Source: Candidatus Woesearchaeota archaeon (GTDB lineage: Archaea; Nanobdellota; Nanobdellia; SCGC-AAA011-G17; PNOQ01). Taken from it: 64,000 nt of DNA. How positions within the stretch are numbered: the stretch's first letter is position 1; each line of letters starts with the position of its first letter. The stretch covers positions 75,780-139,779 of the forward strand of contig JBDRML010000016.1 in the NCBI GenBank assembly GCA_043812195.1, read 5' to 3'. A model generated the notes under the pieces. The model ran no database searches, was not told where the DNA came from, and saw nothing but the letters and a program-made list of their open reading frames with translations. Below, piece by piece: positions 49,901 to 57,845 of this stretch. A program made the translations under genes and the position numbers.

Positions 49901-51382
49901 ACTCCATTCAGTACCTTCAATTGTTCTTATACTTAAATTAGCCTCGCCAGTTGTATTAAACATTACAGTCCAATTTCCGCCGACCATTGGATAGCTCCGA
50001 ACATTTAATATGGTTATAGAAACTTCATAAGTCTCATTACTCAAACTAGGAACAATCCACTCTATATAATCAACCAAACCGTTTTCATTTAAATCATAAG
50101 CATCAAAACTAACTTCTTTTTTAGAATCGTTAACCAAATGATATAATCTAACAGAATTTAGATTAACATCACTTAAATTAGTATATGCTAAAATATTTAC
50201 ATAATGTTCTTCACTAGAAATAGTTATTATTTTCCTAAAATTATCAACATAAGATTCATCAGAAACAGGTCCAGGCATTAAATACTCAACTTTAACTTCT
50301 TCAAGAGGAACACCAATCTTAATTTCTTTATCATTATTTTTAACTTTTTCTTCATAAATAACTAAACCTGTAAATGAAAATATCTTATTTAAAAATTTTA
50401 ATATTTTTTCAAAATCTTTTTCAATATTCTTAACAACATTACCTGTAATAAGATTTCCAGAATCAGATTCTTCTTCAACTATATCTCCTATTTCTTCAAA
50501 TTCTATTTCTGTCTCAACATTATTCTTTATTTCTTTGACAGAAGTAATATTTGCATCGCCAGGTAATTTTATTGTCAAATTACTAGTTTCTTTATTTAAT
50601 TTTATTCTTTTTTCCCATCTAACTGGTTGGTTTATAGTAACATTATAATAAGTTGTAGTTTCATTTCCAGAATCACTTATATTAATTAAACTAACATTAG
50701 AACTAATATTAGATAAATTACCAGAAATATTAAAAGAAACATTTGTAAAATTACCAGAGATATTGTTCTCATTTAAAGATAAATTTAAAGGAATTATAAT
50801 GCCGCCAATGCTTTCATTAATTTCAACACTTTCATTTATTTCAATACTTTGATTAATTTCAGTTGCATTAACATCTGTTTGATTTGTCTCACTCTCATTA
50901 ATTTCAACTTCAGTCTCATTTGTTTCAACACTTTCATTTAACTCAGTTTCATTAATTTCTATACTTTCATTAATCTCTCCTTCTTCTATAATTTCACTTT
51001 CATTAATTTCATTTAAAATTTCACCATCAGAAATAACTTCTTCTTCTCCCCCAGAATCACCATCATCAATAATCTCCTCTTCAGAAATAACCTCTTCAGA
51101 AATAACTTCTTCACTATCAGCAGAAGAATCAGAAGAAACTTCTTCTTCACTAATCAAATCCACAATATCAACAACATCTAAACCAGTATAAGAAAAATAG
51201 CCAGCTAAAGCAAAAATAACAAAGAATACACCAATTAAAAGAGCTGTAAGTAAACTAGAAGCTTTTGGCTTTTCAGTTCCTAAATAAACGCTTTTTACTT
51301 TGCCATCTTGAGTTCTGACACTCTTAAAATAGTATGGACCAAATTTTTTTCCACCTCTTTTAATATATTTCTTATAGACCAA
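40979..51382 (-). CDS. Giant (~3470 aa) surface protein: N-terminal basic motif + TM, acidic linker, repeated beta-sandwich domains, LamG, beta-helix (NosD-like), FN3; contains two intein-like inserts and a UbiA domain
   Basis: Likely TTG start at 51382 (MVYKKYIKRGGKKFGPYYFKSVR) after GGGGTG. LamG (LVLMYNFD...WNGLIDEVRIWNKSLS), beta-helix ending IAGNYWANP, many sequons. Confidence 0.85.
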   Translation of the reverse strand: MVYKKYIKRGGKKFGPYYFKSVRTQDGKVKSVYLGTEKPKASSLLTALLIGVFFVIFALAGYFSYTGLDVVDIVDLISEEEVSSDSSADSEEVISEEVISEEEIIDDGDSGGEEEVISDGEILNEINESEIIEEGEINESIEINETELNESVETNETEVEINESETNQTDVNATEINQSIEINESVEINESIGGIIIPLNLSLNENNISGNFTNVSFNISGNLSNISSNVSLINISDSGNETTTYYNVTINQPVRWEKRIKLNKETSNLTIKLPGDANITSVKEIKNNVETEIEFEEIGDIVEEESDSGNLITGNVVKNIEKDFEKILKFLNKIFSFTGLVIYEEKVKNNDKEIKIGVPLEEVKVEYLMPGPVSDESYVDNFRKIITISSEEHYVNILAYTNLSDVNLNSVRLYHLVNDSKKEVSFDAYDLNENGLVDYIEWIVPSLSNETYEVSITILNVRSYPMVGGNWTVMFNTTGEANLSIRTIEGTEWSNENENYDLKFLEVKCGDNLLDYSWINDSVFISDYSCNETGYEFSKVLTSGGHYLEFNYGGQIAYANNTAYNYSSGKLSAFETIGIPISLDNYTSQASSSGYTNLTASDDSHWVTDLATADGEYDSQIFVFNTTDIYFDNLTVTWEGYGETQAGYYTNISFWNWTGSQWYQVNATDFTSAADQTLYGFIGSGINNFINSSDKRVAVLVSSVKYAAGAVSCGEGHFDNGDGTCRAILRPNAAGISTNYTTQYPDSGSHYDKVNESVADDDTTYVAQTSIQPLVYMGHSRCVLENSIVTCGVGMSTPTSYLNFSSSWTTRPSDSNSWEISDIDSLQIGIHENIEGGYGVTELYDIPSSNIPTDSMINSVTVHSRAKSVSAGRSIDIRITLVFVEVNYSLPASPFLYGYDGNEYYKISDFIPKANSVEKEYVSFTDISNLKNNNGNVKLKITEELDETTYLDYVYLRIDNDKITGINISNYNIQSLLEKSDNNYLIVNKGDEYYIDFTIPYDYTNLEFAAEGYYIKNNLINEFNNETFNDLGKIQEKNLQANDKELIRYILIFVFVISLLGLLIYTGLKNKYINDKLANCNAFFSKIENIRAPILLWIVSFLSITLIRDFLENIIETPSLLLSWLHHFEFSFFWIALFFSITLFLAFVSKENISKVSKIVTFGWLITLIAPLLDAILYFNKHFIMTYIFNNILKNYFSFYNSSLFNFGATIGIKIEIAIICFMVGVYILSKTKSWIRTLISILGVYTIIFFYMALPAIFDFVLSIFNIDYTLKYPLDFFIILFVISVITIIIFLLINHGIKIQKFIDFKFFKINKKICLILLKNIRLFRTIHYSLLTLLGISLAIFYKNGNIMDLNILKIIFLLLSMIFAWLFAVGLNDLFDVKIDKISNKNRPLISGIINKETYKIYILLFFILSVLFAAFVNYYSTNLIIYFMIAYSFIYSAPPFRFRKYFLIPNVLIGLCSLLAVLFGASLILGENTFSIIPSEIILLIFFIFTISSTLKDIKDYYGDKFNSIKTIPTIFGLNNGKRIIGILLAASFILVPIFYPIKYLIFVSIPFAVLAYLFVIKKNEKWIFILEFIFMVILIILLIFSSTLINGNLNAQDNKYSNSDNINFASNENHLHNTLYTDYIELNSGTYPAPSISFSEPTPANATSTLNTSFIINVSINDSGDDINQVIYNWNGTNYSIYDDNLVLMYNFDNVSEIGEDISGEGGENSYLVDLSGYNNSGSSTAGYSMRWNSSGKYGGAGRFSTGIADDGIQVNDSGSLKPANITIAAWVYRYDWHIYGSVVSKMSNGNWEDGYMLGSIETNNDIAFWVTNYTNIATTTIADDNKWIYLTGVYNGTTVMLYIDGILVDSSVYTDGITHSNGILQISQHNIFVTGWNGLIDEVRIWNKSLSPDEIQFMYKSNLNKYDSGKWNLNINQTKNATSVLDKGNYTYQTFAIDSFSATNSTEVREITIGDFDSPNVTLESPDTGYVTISPYVSLTCNATDNGNLNNISLYTNQTGSWMLNQSVGISGNSSVKFNLTNVTNGGYIWNCLAYDTNDNSDWGNSNWTVNISNRFRAYEKLGTPTDDSDFDSEALEEDYNALNSSDLVRWQTDLSADSGIESQIFVFYSDFAAADIGNLTVRWVGYGPASVSIQNTNISLLNYVAEGWSPFDGYDFDEAKDMNLTASTTSPTNYVQFSTNKVVVLVSAEEGAGLSGSLNSNYIVLDVYAKSTIKSGPTLIPTTAKLYNNLNCTFTLTDKDNVTILANYTWYQDGVVQLSGQDEVINNTEAIIYLGSGNTSNGENWTCGIIPYDGISYGTGVNSSVSFITNNVTCGDNITGPGSYRINASVSDYNSDCIIIDSDDVELDCGNYALDGTISGNAIYSARTSGNELTNITIRNCHLSDFNYGVYWAYVDESFIYNTSGDDADVHGFLISNSDNNYFDNLTATANGFEGFSTNVITYNNFTNLTLHTNSRDGIVFSNADFNIVKDSRFYANVRNGLYLSGSDYNAFYNLTIEDQDGTDDRGIYSFSGNDYNNFSDSIIRDNYDGIVSNGSFNNNNFTRMNITNNSNYGIYFSVSTDDNNFVYDNFFNNSNNAPTVNGADNFWNATKESGTNIISGSFIAGNYWANPTETGYSENCTDSSGDGICEAGYNLGEGEIDYMPLTYNTNLAPNVTLESPDTTYNTISPHISLTCNASEDVNLKNLTLYTNQSGYWTSNLTIDVSGTSGIVKFNLTNVTNGGYIWNCLAYDAEGTSDWASANWSFTINNSFIAYENLGVPTVPSDFDNTSTEDDYNAVNSSDNTRWSTTLAATDGEIDSQIFVYTINYTDVANLTVTWEGYGETEANYLTNISFWNWTGAFWYQVNYTDFTGATDQTVLETISSGANDFINSSDKRVAVLVSSRKYVGANCGNGILEGDEVCDSGQQEVCEWTGGYWYDSYVEDGITCAGNEGCNIDCTACINWDDCHGLVSPFVYIYKNEEYKFNSDFIAGATAPEKEYESFTDISNSEIENNKIKLKITEELDETTYLDKIYLLVNGEKVIELKSIGKDKYGFDDNLINKILLSKSDNNYLIMNQGDEYYLEFNAPKEYKKIEFAAEGYYIEHYKNKNSDYSHNSVFTDTIELEYVADLTPNASTPIIYPSTAYTDNALNCTFTIIDPDNATVLANYNWFNNTSGDVYETGQLEVKNGTTSAVNLTNTSDTYKQQEWICEIIPSDGDNVGDGYNSTSVQILNTLPTQVTLSSPEDENVTRDRSPTFIWNNASDSDNDIFNFQIQVDDDSGFGAPEINVSEIEALTYTPVDGTLSLDTNYYWKVRAADSGFGAGNGTWSATWNFTIESLLSISLVTDSLDFGNLAPGATDNSTDNTPSPFVVENDGNVLTNVSVNASQLFEQALLGEDNYQFKADSTGEAGSFNTTGSITTWTSIIADLVVVIRDLLYNAASDTAEVDILLTTPIDEPVGFKTSEVVFKGVMSEV
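42062..42496 (-). other. Intein-like element copy 2 (145 aa, Ser...His-Asn|Ser)
   Basis: SPFVYIYK...KLKITEELDETTYLD...EFAAEGYYIEHYKNKNSDYSHN|SVFTD. Confidence 0.55.
46508..48706 (-). other. Intein-like element copy 1 (733 aa, Ser...His-Asn|Thr) carrying a UbiA prenyltransferase
   Basis: SPFLYGYDG...KLKITEELDETTYLD...EFAAEGYYI-[~608 aa membrane cargo with NDLFDVKID, RPL, YSAPP, KDIKDYYGD]-HN|TLYTD. Confidence 0.55.
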
Positions 51383-51546
51383 CGAACACCCCTTCCCACA
51401 ATCGAGACCCACCACCGCAAATTCCGCCCATGCAAGTTCTAGAACCTATAAATTCAAAAATATCAGCATCAATTTCCTTCCCAGAATCGAAGCCCAAAAC
51501 ACTTCCCATTATCAGGGCTTTTCCTTCCCAAAACCTAAATTTAATC

Positions 51547-51596
51547 TTCATTTTCTCTACTCTGCCATTCATTTTCTCTACTCTGCCATTCATTTT
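51547..51596. repeat. 21-bp tandem repeat (2.4 copies)
   Basis: TTCATTTTCTCTACTCTGCCA twice plus TTCATTTT, at the 3' end of the AlbA_2 gene. Confidence 0.85.
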
Positions 51597-52960
51597 ATTA
51601 CAACTTTCCAGTGTCCTCCTTTTGCAGGACCGACTCTTTTCAGTAATTTCTTTTTCTTAAGTTTGGATAAGTTCTCTTCAATTTTTCTTGAAGAAATCTC
51701 AATTTGTTTAGATAATTCAACTGCTGAAATAGAAGGTTTTTTTATAATAAGTTCAAGTATTCTTTTTTGGTTTTCTGTTAATTTTTCTCCGACCCTTTCT
51801 CCGACCCTTTCTCCGACTCTTTCGGACAATTCTAAAGAATCTTTACTTTTAAAAAATATAACCCTAAAGAAACCATTTGTTTTAAATTTTACTTTTAAAT
51901 CCCTTTCCTTAATTTCTTTTTTAATTCTATTAATTCCCGAACCTACTTTTTCAATTAAATTTAATCTATGGAAAACGTCAAAGAGAATTGGATTTCTAGG
52001 CATACTTATTTTTCCCAAATCCTTTTTATCAAAAAATAATTCACCTTTGTTAACAATTTCTACCCTATCATCAAATATTTCTACAAATACTCCAAATCTA
52101 TCTTCAAAATAATCTCTATGGATTAAAGCGTTTATTATCGCTTCTTTTAATGATCTATAAGGTATTTCGGGAATTTCTTTTCTAGGACCAAATCCTTTAA
52201 ATTCATATTTTAATCTTAAATGTTGTTCTAAAAATGCAAAAGTATTTTCATAATTACTTAATAAATCTCTATTAAAATCTTTTCTATCAATAATATCAAC
52301 TTTTTCTCTGCCTTTATATAAAACACAAGTAACAAAATTTTGTCTAAAAAATCTTTCGGGATTTTTAGCAAATAACAGAATCCCTGCATTATTCAGTATG
52401 AATTTGTTTTTTGTAATAGAACCTAAAGAAAGATTTATTAGCATCTCTTTTATAGGAATCACCTTAGAAACATTAATCCTTTTCAAAAAATCTGAAAATT
52501 TATTTTTATTAAAATCATGGGGGAACTTAAATTTTTCATTAAATTGCTCATCCCACTTTATTTTTCCAAGTCTTGTGACTAACTTTAATATTTCATCTCT
52601 TGATAATTTTTGAGAATTTGCTCCCTGTCTTAAATAAAATCCAGAAGAACATTTGTAAGGTTTATCTTTTCCTTCATGAACATTAATTATTAAGATATTC
52701 TTAAACTCTTCCAATGTAATTTTTATTGAAGGGTCGCAGTTTCTTGTTATATCTTGTATTTGTGATTTTAGCTTGTTGGTAATTTTTATTTCTTTTATCA
52801 CTCCATTATCACTCACTCCCAAAAAAATGCTACCGCCGTCTGAATTTGCAAAAGCAACAATTTCTCTAGCAATAGATTTATCAAAAGACTCTTTAAACTC
52901 AATCTTTAACCCTTCACCTTCCTGTAAAATAAATTCAAGTTCTTTTTCTTTCATTTCCAA
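51590..52960 (-). CDS. AlbA_2 (Schlafen-like) + HATPase_c_4 + C-terminal HTH protein
   Basis: GEGLKIEFKES, AFANSDGG, GVSDNG, EAIINALIHRDY, PRNP, EKVGSGI, ERVG tandem repeats and RVGPAKGGHW. Confidence 0.88.
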   Translation of the reverse strand: MEMKEKELEFILQEGEGLKIEFKESFDKSIAREIVAFANSDGGSIFLGVSDNGVIKEIKITNKLKSQIQDITRNCDPSIKITLEEFKNILIINVHEGKDKPYKCSSGFYLRQGANSQKLSRDEILKLVTRLGKIKWDEQFNEKFKFPHDFNKNKFSDFLKRINVSKVIPIKEMLINLSLGSITKNKFILNNAGILLFAKNPERFFRQNFVTCVLYKGREKVDIIDRKDFNRDLLSNYENTFAFLEQHLRLKYEFKGFGPRKEIPEIPYRSLKEAIINALIHRDYFEDRFGVFVEIFDDRVEIVNKGELFFDKKDLGKISMPRNPILFDVFHRLNLIEKVGSGINRIKKEIKERDLKVKFKTNGFFRVIFFKSKDSLELSERVGERVGERVGEKLTENQKRILELIIKKPSISAVELSKQIEISSRKIEENLSKLKKKKLLKRVGPAKGGHWKVVIK

Positions 52961-53879
52961 TCCTTACCTTATCAGCATCAAAACTAAACTCTTTGCTCTC
53001 ATCAAACCAAGCGCATTTAATATTCTCCAATCCAACCTTAGTTCTAAAAGACAAGCCAAGAGCATACCTAAACAACTGGGAAACCACAGAATCAACATTT
53101 TCCTTAGAAGCATTTGGTTTATAATCAAGAATCCAAATCTTACCATACTTAACTTGTAATATATCAATATGCCCGCAAACACCAACATCCTTTTCTTTAT
53201 CCCAATACCAAACAGGAACCTCAACAGCAACAGTATCTCTATCACAACTAAGCAAAAAATCCTCAATAATAGAATGCCTCTGTTTATTACTTTTAATAAC
53301 TTTCAATGCAGAGCCAATTTTTTTATTTAATTTAGTATTGTCAAAAACTTTAACACTAACAGAAACATCTGACTTAACCTGAGAACACCTACTGCTCAAT
53401 GAATTAAATAACTTATCATCAATGCCTCTGCTTATAGAACTAATAAACTCTCTTAAGCCATTAAATTTACCAAACTCTTTTAGTTTTTCTTTATGATACC
53501 TAAAATTATAAATCAAATCAGAATGCTTGAACATCCTTCCAACAATTAAAGAAGGACCATATTTCCTGATAATTCTACTTCTTATATTCAAATAGCCCAA
53601 ATCATATTCCTTAACCCATCTTTCAACAGCACTCTTGCTAACGCTCACCCGATTCTTTCTTGAAACCAGATCACAAACTTCATCATAATTATAGCCCTGA
53701 TTATAAGCGCATACGGCATTTAAAACAACCCTAACATCAAATCTTTTTTTGCTCAACCCAAAAGAAAATTTGTGTCCGCAATCTCTGCAAAGATAAATCT
53801 GCTTTTTAGTTTTCTTTAATTTCCTACAGCCCTTTTTTACAGCATTCTCAGACCCGCAAAACTTACACTCAACTGCCAT
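52935..53879 (-). CDS. IS1-like Zn ribbon + HTH fused to C-terminal PD-(D/E)XK nuclease
   Basis: CKFCGS...KKG...QIYLCRDCGHKF; VSKSAVERWV; EVPVW...GHIDILQ...ILDYKP...QLFRYA. Confidence 0.78.
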   Translation of the reverse strand: MAVECKFCGSENAVKKGCRKLKKTKKQIYLCRDCGHKFSFGLSKKRFDVRVVLNAVCAYNQGYNYDEVCDLVSRKNRVSVSKSAVERWVKEYDLGYLNIRSRIIRKYGPSLIVGRMFKHSDLIYNFRYHKEKLKEFGKFNGLREFISSISRGIDDKLFNSLSSRCSQVKSDVSVSVKVFDNTKLNKKIGSALKVIKSNKQRHSIIEDFLLSCDRDTVAVEVPVWYWDKEKDVGVCGHIDILQVKYGKIWILDYKPNASKENVDSVVSQLFRYALGLSFRTKVGLENIKCAWFDESKEFSFDADKVRIGNERKRT

Positions 53880-54036
53880 TTATCCCTCCGGAACAAAAGA
53901 CCCTTAAATATTCTAAAATATTTGTTTTATTTGTAGGTAAACTAAACGCGAGCTCACTGTCATCCAAATAAACATTTTTAACTCTTCTATTTTCAAATTT
54001 TTTCCCATCTTTTTTAATATATTTCTTATAGACCAA
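53869..54036 (-). pseudogene. Vestigial 55-codon copy of the giant-protein N-terminus
   Basis: TTG-initiated MVYKKYIKKDGKKFENRRVKNVYLD... matches MVYKKYIKRGGKKF...GKVKSVYLG with an internal deletion and then diverges. Confidence 0.55.
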
Positions 54037-54124
54037 AGAAAGTACCCTCTTTTATTAAAGAAAAAGATACAAAAACTAATATAAAAAGCTTTCTGACTAA
54101 AACGGGTGTAGGTAAACCATAAAA

Positions 54125-54700
54125 TTATGTATTCTTACGCCTTCTAACCATAAAAAAATAAATAATAAACATAATTAAAATAATAACAAACACCCAAACC
54201 AATAAAACAAACACATCATTACCTAAAAAAATTTCACTTAAAGAAAAATCCGCACTATCTCTGTCTACTTTACTTTCAAAATTAGGAAACAAACTAGATT
54301 CATCATTTAAACCACCTAATTTTGTCCATTTAACTTGCTTATCCAAATAACTTATTTCTAGATCATTACCCCCATCATTATCAAAATCCAAAAATCCCCT
54401 ATCACCCCACTTAATAAGATATGAATCAACATTTTCCAAACTAATAATCATATAATCATAAATTTCAAGATAAGAAACTTCAAATTTATAAATAGTGGCA
54501 TCATCAAAAACAACATTAACCTTATCATTTGTATACAAATCAAGCACATAATTATCTTTAATCCTAAAATCGATAATATATTTAATTTCTTTCCTACTTT
54601 CAGTAGAGTTACTTTCATTCAAGTCAGAAGCACTCAAGTCAAAAGAACTCAAAATTATCAAAACCACAATTAATAAAATAGATTTACTAAATTTATTCAT
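54125..54700 (-). CDS. Secreted protein with C-terminal TM
   Basis: Signal peptide, DFDNDGGNDLEI motif, TM helix and RRRK tail. Confidence 0.7.
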   Translation of the reverse strand: MNKFSKSILLIVVLIILSSFDLSASDLNESNSTESRKEIKYIIDFRIKDNYVLDLYTNDKVNVVFDDATIYKFEVSYLEIYDYMIISLENVDSYLIKWGDRGFLDFDNDGGNDLEISYLDKQVKWTKLGGLNDESSLFPNFESKVDRDSADFSLSEIFLGNDVFVLLVWVFVIILIMFIIYFFMVRRRKNT

Positions 54701-54822
54701 AATAAACTCTATGAAAACATGTATTTATTACCTTTTCCATTCCAAACATTTTATAAACACAAATAATAAATTATATAAATAAAAATAACGAAAATTAGAT
54801 TAAGAAATATAAGAGATTTCCT

Positions 54823-55962
54823 ATGAAAAGAAAAAAAAGGGGGAAAAGAACTATTAAGAAGTCTAAAAAGAAGTCTATTAGAAAAAAAACTACAAAAAAG
54901 AAATCTGTAGCTAAAAAAGTTAAAAAACATTCTAAACTAAAGAAATCAATAAAAAAAGCAAAGAAACCAGCAAAAACAAAAAATCCAGTTTTAGATAATA
55001 AAATTAAAAGTGCTAATAATAAAATTCTAAAAATAAAAGAAGAAATCAAAAAAACAGTTATCGGCCAGGAAAAAGTAATAAACGATTTAATAATCTGTAC
55101 TATATGTAATGGAAGTGCAATCCTAGAAGGTGTTCCCGGAATTGCTAAAACTCTAATAATAAATTCATTAGCAACAGCCATAAGCTGCAAATTCAAAAGA
55201 ATTCAGTTCACAGCAGATTTATTACCAACAGATATAACTGGATTTGAAGCATATAGTAGAGAAAAGGGATTCTTTACAGTTAAAGGCCCAATTTTTGCTA
55301 ATTTCGTTCTAGCAGATGAAATAAACAGAGCACCTCCTAAAGTACAATCAGCTATGATAGAAGCAATGCAGGAGAGACAAATAACTATCAGTAAAAAAAC
55401 ATATCATTTAGATGAGCCATTCATAGTATTTGCAACAGAAAACCCATTAGAAAGCAGAGGAGTATACAAATTACCAGAAGCACAGATAGACAGATTCCTA
55501 TTCAAAATAATGGTAGAGTATCCATCAACAGAAGAAGAAGAAGAAATCATGGAACAAAATATATCAATCAAAAAATTCCAGAAATTTCATATTAAAAAAG
55601 TAGCAAAACCAGAAGATATAATTGAAATGCAAGAATTAGTTAAAGAAATTTACATGAAACCAGAAATAAAGAAATATATAGCCCAGATAGTAGCATACAC
55701 AAGACCAGATAAAAAAAATAAAATCTCACTAACAAAATATATAGCATGGGGAGCAAGTCCTAGAGCATCTATTAATATATTTATAGCTGCTAAAGCTAAA
55801 GCATTATTATCAGGAAGATCTTATGTAACTCCGCAAGATGTTAAAGATGTAGCATATAGTGTATTAAGACATAGAATATTATTAAATTATGAAGGAGAAG
55901 TAAGCAAAATAACATCAGAAGAAATAATATCAGAAATTCTTGCAAAAGTAGAGGTACCATAA
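54823..55962 (+). CDS. moxR: MoxR-family AAA+ ATPase with Lys-rich N-terminal extension
   Basis: LEGVPGIAKT, RIQFTADLLPTD, LADEINRAPPKVQSA, EAQIDRF and WGASPRA motifs. Confidence 0.95.
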   Translation: MKRKKRGKRTIKKSKKKSIRKKTTKKKSVAKKVKKHSKLKKSIKKAKKPAKTKNPVLDNKIKSANNKILKIKEEIKKTVIGQEKVINDLIICTICNGSAILEGVPGIAKTLIINSLATAISCKFKRIQFTADLLPTDITGFEAYSREKGFFTVKGPIFANFVLADEINRAPPKVQSAMIEAMQERQITISKKTYHLDEPFIVFATENPLESRGVYKLPEAQIDRFLFKIMVEYPSTEEEEEIMEQNISIKKFQKFHIKKVAKPEDIIEMQELVKEIYMKPEIKKYIAQIVAYTRPDKKNKISLTKYIAWGASPRASINIFIAAKAKALLSGRSYVTPQDVKDVAYSVLRHRILLNYEGEVSKITSEEIISEILAKVEVP

Positions 55963-56868
55963 ATGGGAAGATTCCCAATAGAAGTAGGTAGTTTAGGTAA
56001 ACAAATAGAAATTCTAAGCAAAAAAGCAATAAATTTTGTAACTCCAACACCTGGAGAAGGATTCTTTACTCTTTTTAGAGGAAGTGGTTTAGAATTTAAA
56101 GACTTCAAAGAATACAGCCCAAGCGAAGACGCTAAACATATTGATTGGAAAGCAAGCTTACGTTCTGACAAACTTTTAATCAGAGAATATCTTCAAGAAA
56201 GAGGAATGGATGTGATTTTTATATATGATGTAAGCAATAGTATGCTTTTTGGCTCACAAAAAAAAATAAAAGCACACTACGGAGCAGAATTTATCTTAAC
56301 AATTGCAGCAACAGTATCAGAAATGGGTTATAACATAGGATTAATCTGTTTTAATGATAAAATCAAAACCATATTATCTCCTAAAGCAAGCAAAACCCAA
56401 TTTAATCTTTTTTTCAAAATATTAGGAGATCACGCAACATATGGAGAAGGATTTGATATAACTAAAGCATTAGATATATTAGAAGGAGAATATGCAGAAG
56501 GCTCTGTAATCTTTTTAGTGTCAGATTTCTTAGGTTTTGACACACTCCCAGAAGCTCTAGAAAAAAAATTTAAAAAAATAGCATTAAAATATGATTTAAT
56601 ATCAGTTATATTAAGGGACCCCAGAGATGAAACTCTGCCTTCAGATAATATGGATATATTAATCTCAAGTCCTTATGATAATAGAGAAACAATTCTAAAT
56701 GTAAAGCAAGTAAAAAAAGAATATGAAGAATATAACAAAATACAAAAAGAAAAACTTAAAAAATTCCTAAAAGAAATTAACTCAGATTGTTTAGAATTAT
56801 ATACAGATAAACCATTCATTAATCCAACAATATCTTTTTTCAAAAGGAGGAATTCACTATCGAAATAG
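55963..56868 (+). CDS. DUF58 family protein
   Basis: FRGSGLEFKDFKEY..EDAKHIDWKAS, DVSNSM and VSDF motifs; follows moxR. Confidence 0.92.
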   Translation: MGRFPIEVGSLGKQIEILSKKAINFVTPTPGEGFFTLFRGSGLEFKDFKEYSPSEDAKHIDWKASLRSDKLLIREYLQERGMDVIFIYDVSNSMLFGSQKKIKAHYGAEFILTIAATVSEMGYNIGLICFNDKIKTILSPKASKTQFNLFFKILGDHATYGEGFDITKALDILEGEYAEGSVIFLVSDFLGFDTLPEALEKKFKKIALKYDLISVILRDPRDETLPSDNMDILISSPYDNRETILNVKQVKKEYEEYNKIQKEKLKKFLKEINSDCLELYTDKPFINPTISFFKRRNSLSK

Positions 56869-57800
56869 TATTTAGCAATCCATGGTATCTATGGTTATTA
56901 GTGGGTATATTCATATTAATAATAACCTATTATATTAGCATAGGTTGGACTAGAAAAAAAGCTATTAAATTCGCAAACTTTGATGCAATTGCAATTGTAA
57001 CAAAAAAGAAACTTTTTCCAAAAAACATTGTACCTTTAATAATTAGAATTATAGTAATCATTTTAATTGTAGTAGTAATAGCAGGGTTAGGAATCTGGTA
57101 TAGTGGCGAATCAAGCAATCAAGATTACATATTGGTAATGGACGCATCCGGAAGCATGTTGGCAGATGATTACGAACCAAATAGATTAGAAGCTGCAAAA
57201 AACTCCGCGGAAACCTTCACAAATTTATTATCATCAGAAGCAAAAATGGGAGTAGTAGCATTCGCTGGGACTCCATTATTAATTCAATCATTAACGATGG
57301 ATAAAGAATTAATAAACGATGCAATAGCTTCAATAAAAGTTATAGAAACAGGAGGAACAGCTATCGGAGATGCAATAGCATTAGCAGTTAACATCTTTGA
57401 AGCACAAAAAAAATCAGAAAAAGCAAGAACTGTAATACTTCTAACAGATGGACAAAGCAATGTGGGAATGAGCACCGATGTTGCAACTAATTATGCCATT
57501 ACTAATGGAGTTGTTATTCACACAATAGGTATTGGAACAGAAGAAGGAGGTTATTTCATAGGTGATAAAGCAATCTCACAAATAGATATAGAAACATTAA
57601 AAAAAATAGCATCAAGCACTGGAGGAAATTTCTATTTGGCCAGAAACGTAGAAGAATTAGAAGACACTTATAACATAATATTTAGCTCAACAAAAAGCCA
57701 GGTCTTTTTTGACTCCAAAAAGTATATTTTAATAACAGTATTCTTACTACTTTTAATAGAATGGGTACTTTCCCAATCAAAATACAAAACGATAGTTTAA
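56859..57800 (+). CDS. BatA-like vWA-domain membrane protein (probable ATC start at 56859)
   Basis: MIDAS DASGSM, GTAIGDAI, LLTDG. The in-frame upstream IEIVFSNPWYLWLL is BatA-like; SD GGAGG lies 8 nt before the ATC. Confidence 0.85.
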   Translation: MEIVFSNPWYLWLLVGIFILIITYYISIGWTRKKAIKFANFDAIAIVTKKKLFPKNIVPLIIRIIVIILIVVVIAGLGIWYSGESSNQDYILVMDASGSMLADDYEPNRLEAAKNSAETFTNLLSSEAKMGVVAFAGTPLLIQSLTMDKELINDAIASIKVIETGGTAIGDAIALAVNIFEAQKKSEKARTVILLTDGQSNVGMSTDVATNYAITNGVVIHTIGIGTEEGGYFIGDKAISQIDIETLKKIASSTGGNFYLARNVEELEDTYNIIFSSTKSQVFFDSKKYILITVFLLLLIEWVLSQSKYKTIV

Positions 57801-57845
57801 AAAATAAGAAAGGATATTTTATTTAGTAATAAAAAGGGGTGTAAA

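Larger units (their letters stand above)
51340..54036. repeat. 43-bp direct repeat (51340-51382 / 53994-54036) bracketing a two-gene cassette
   Basis: 40/43 identical by manual alignment; both copies encode MVYKKYIKxxGKKF from a TTG. Confidence 0.88.

Noticed and set aside
51784-51825. 12-bp tandem repeats encoding ERVG
   Set aside because: Short tetrapeptide repeats before the C-terminal HTH are a common linker feature of this protein family.
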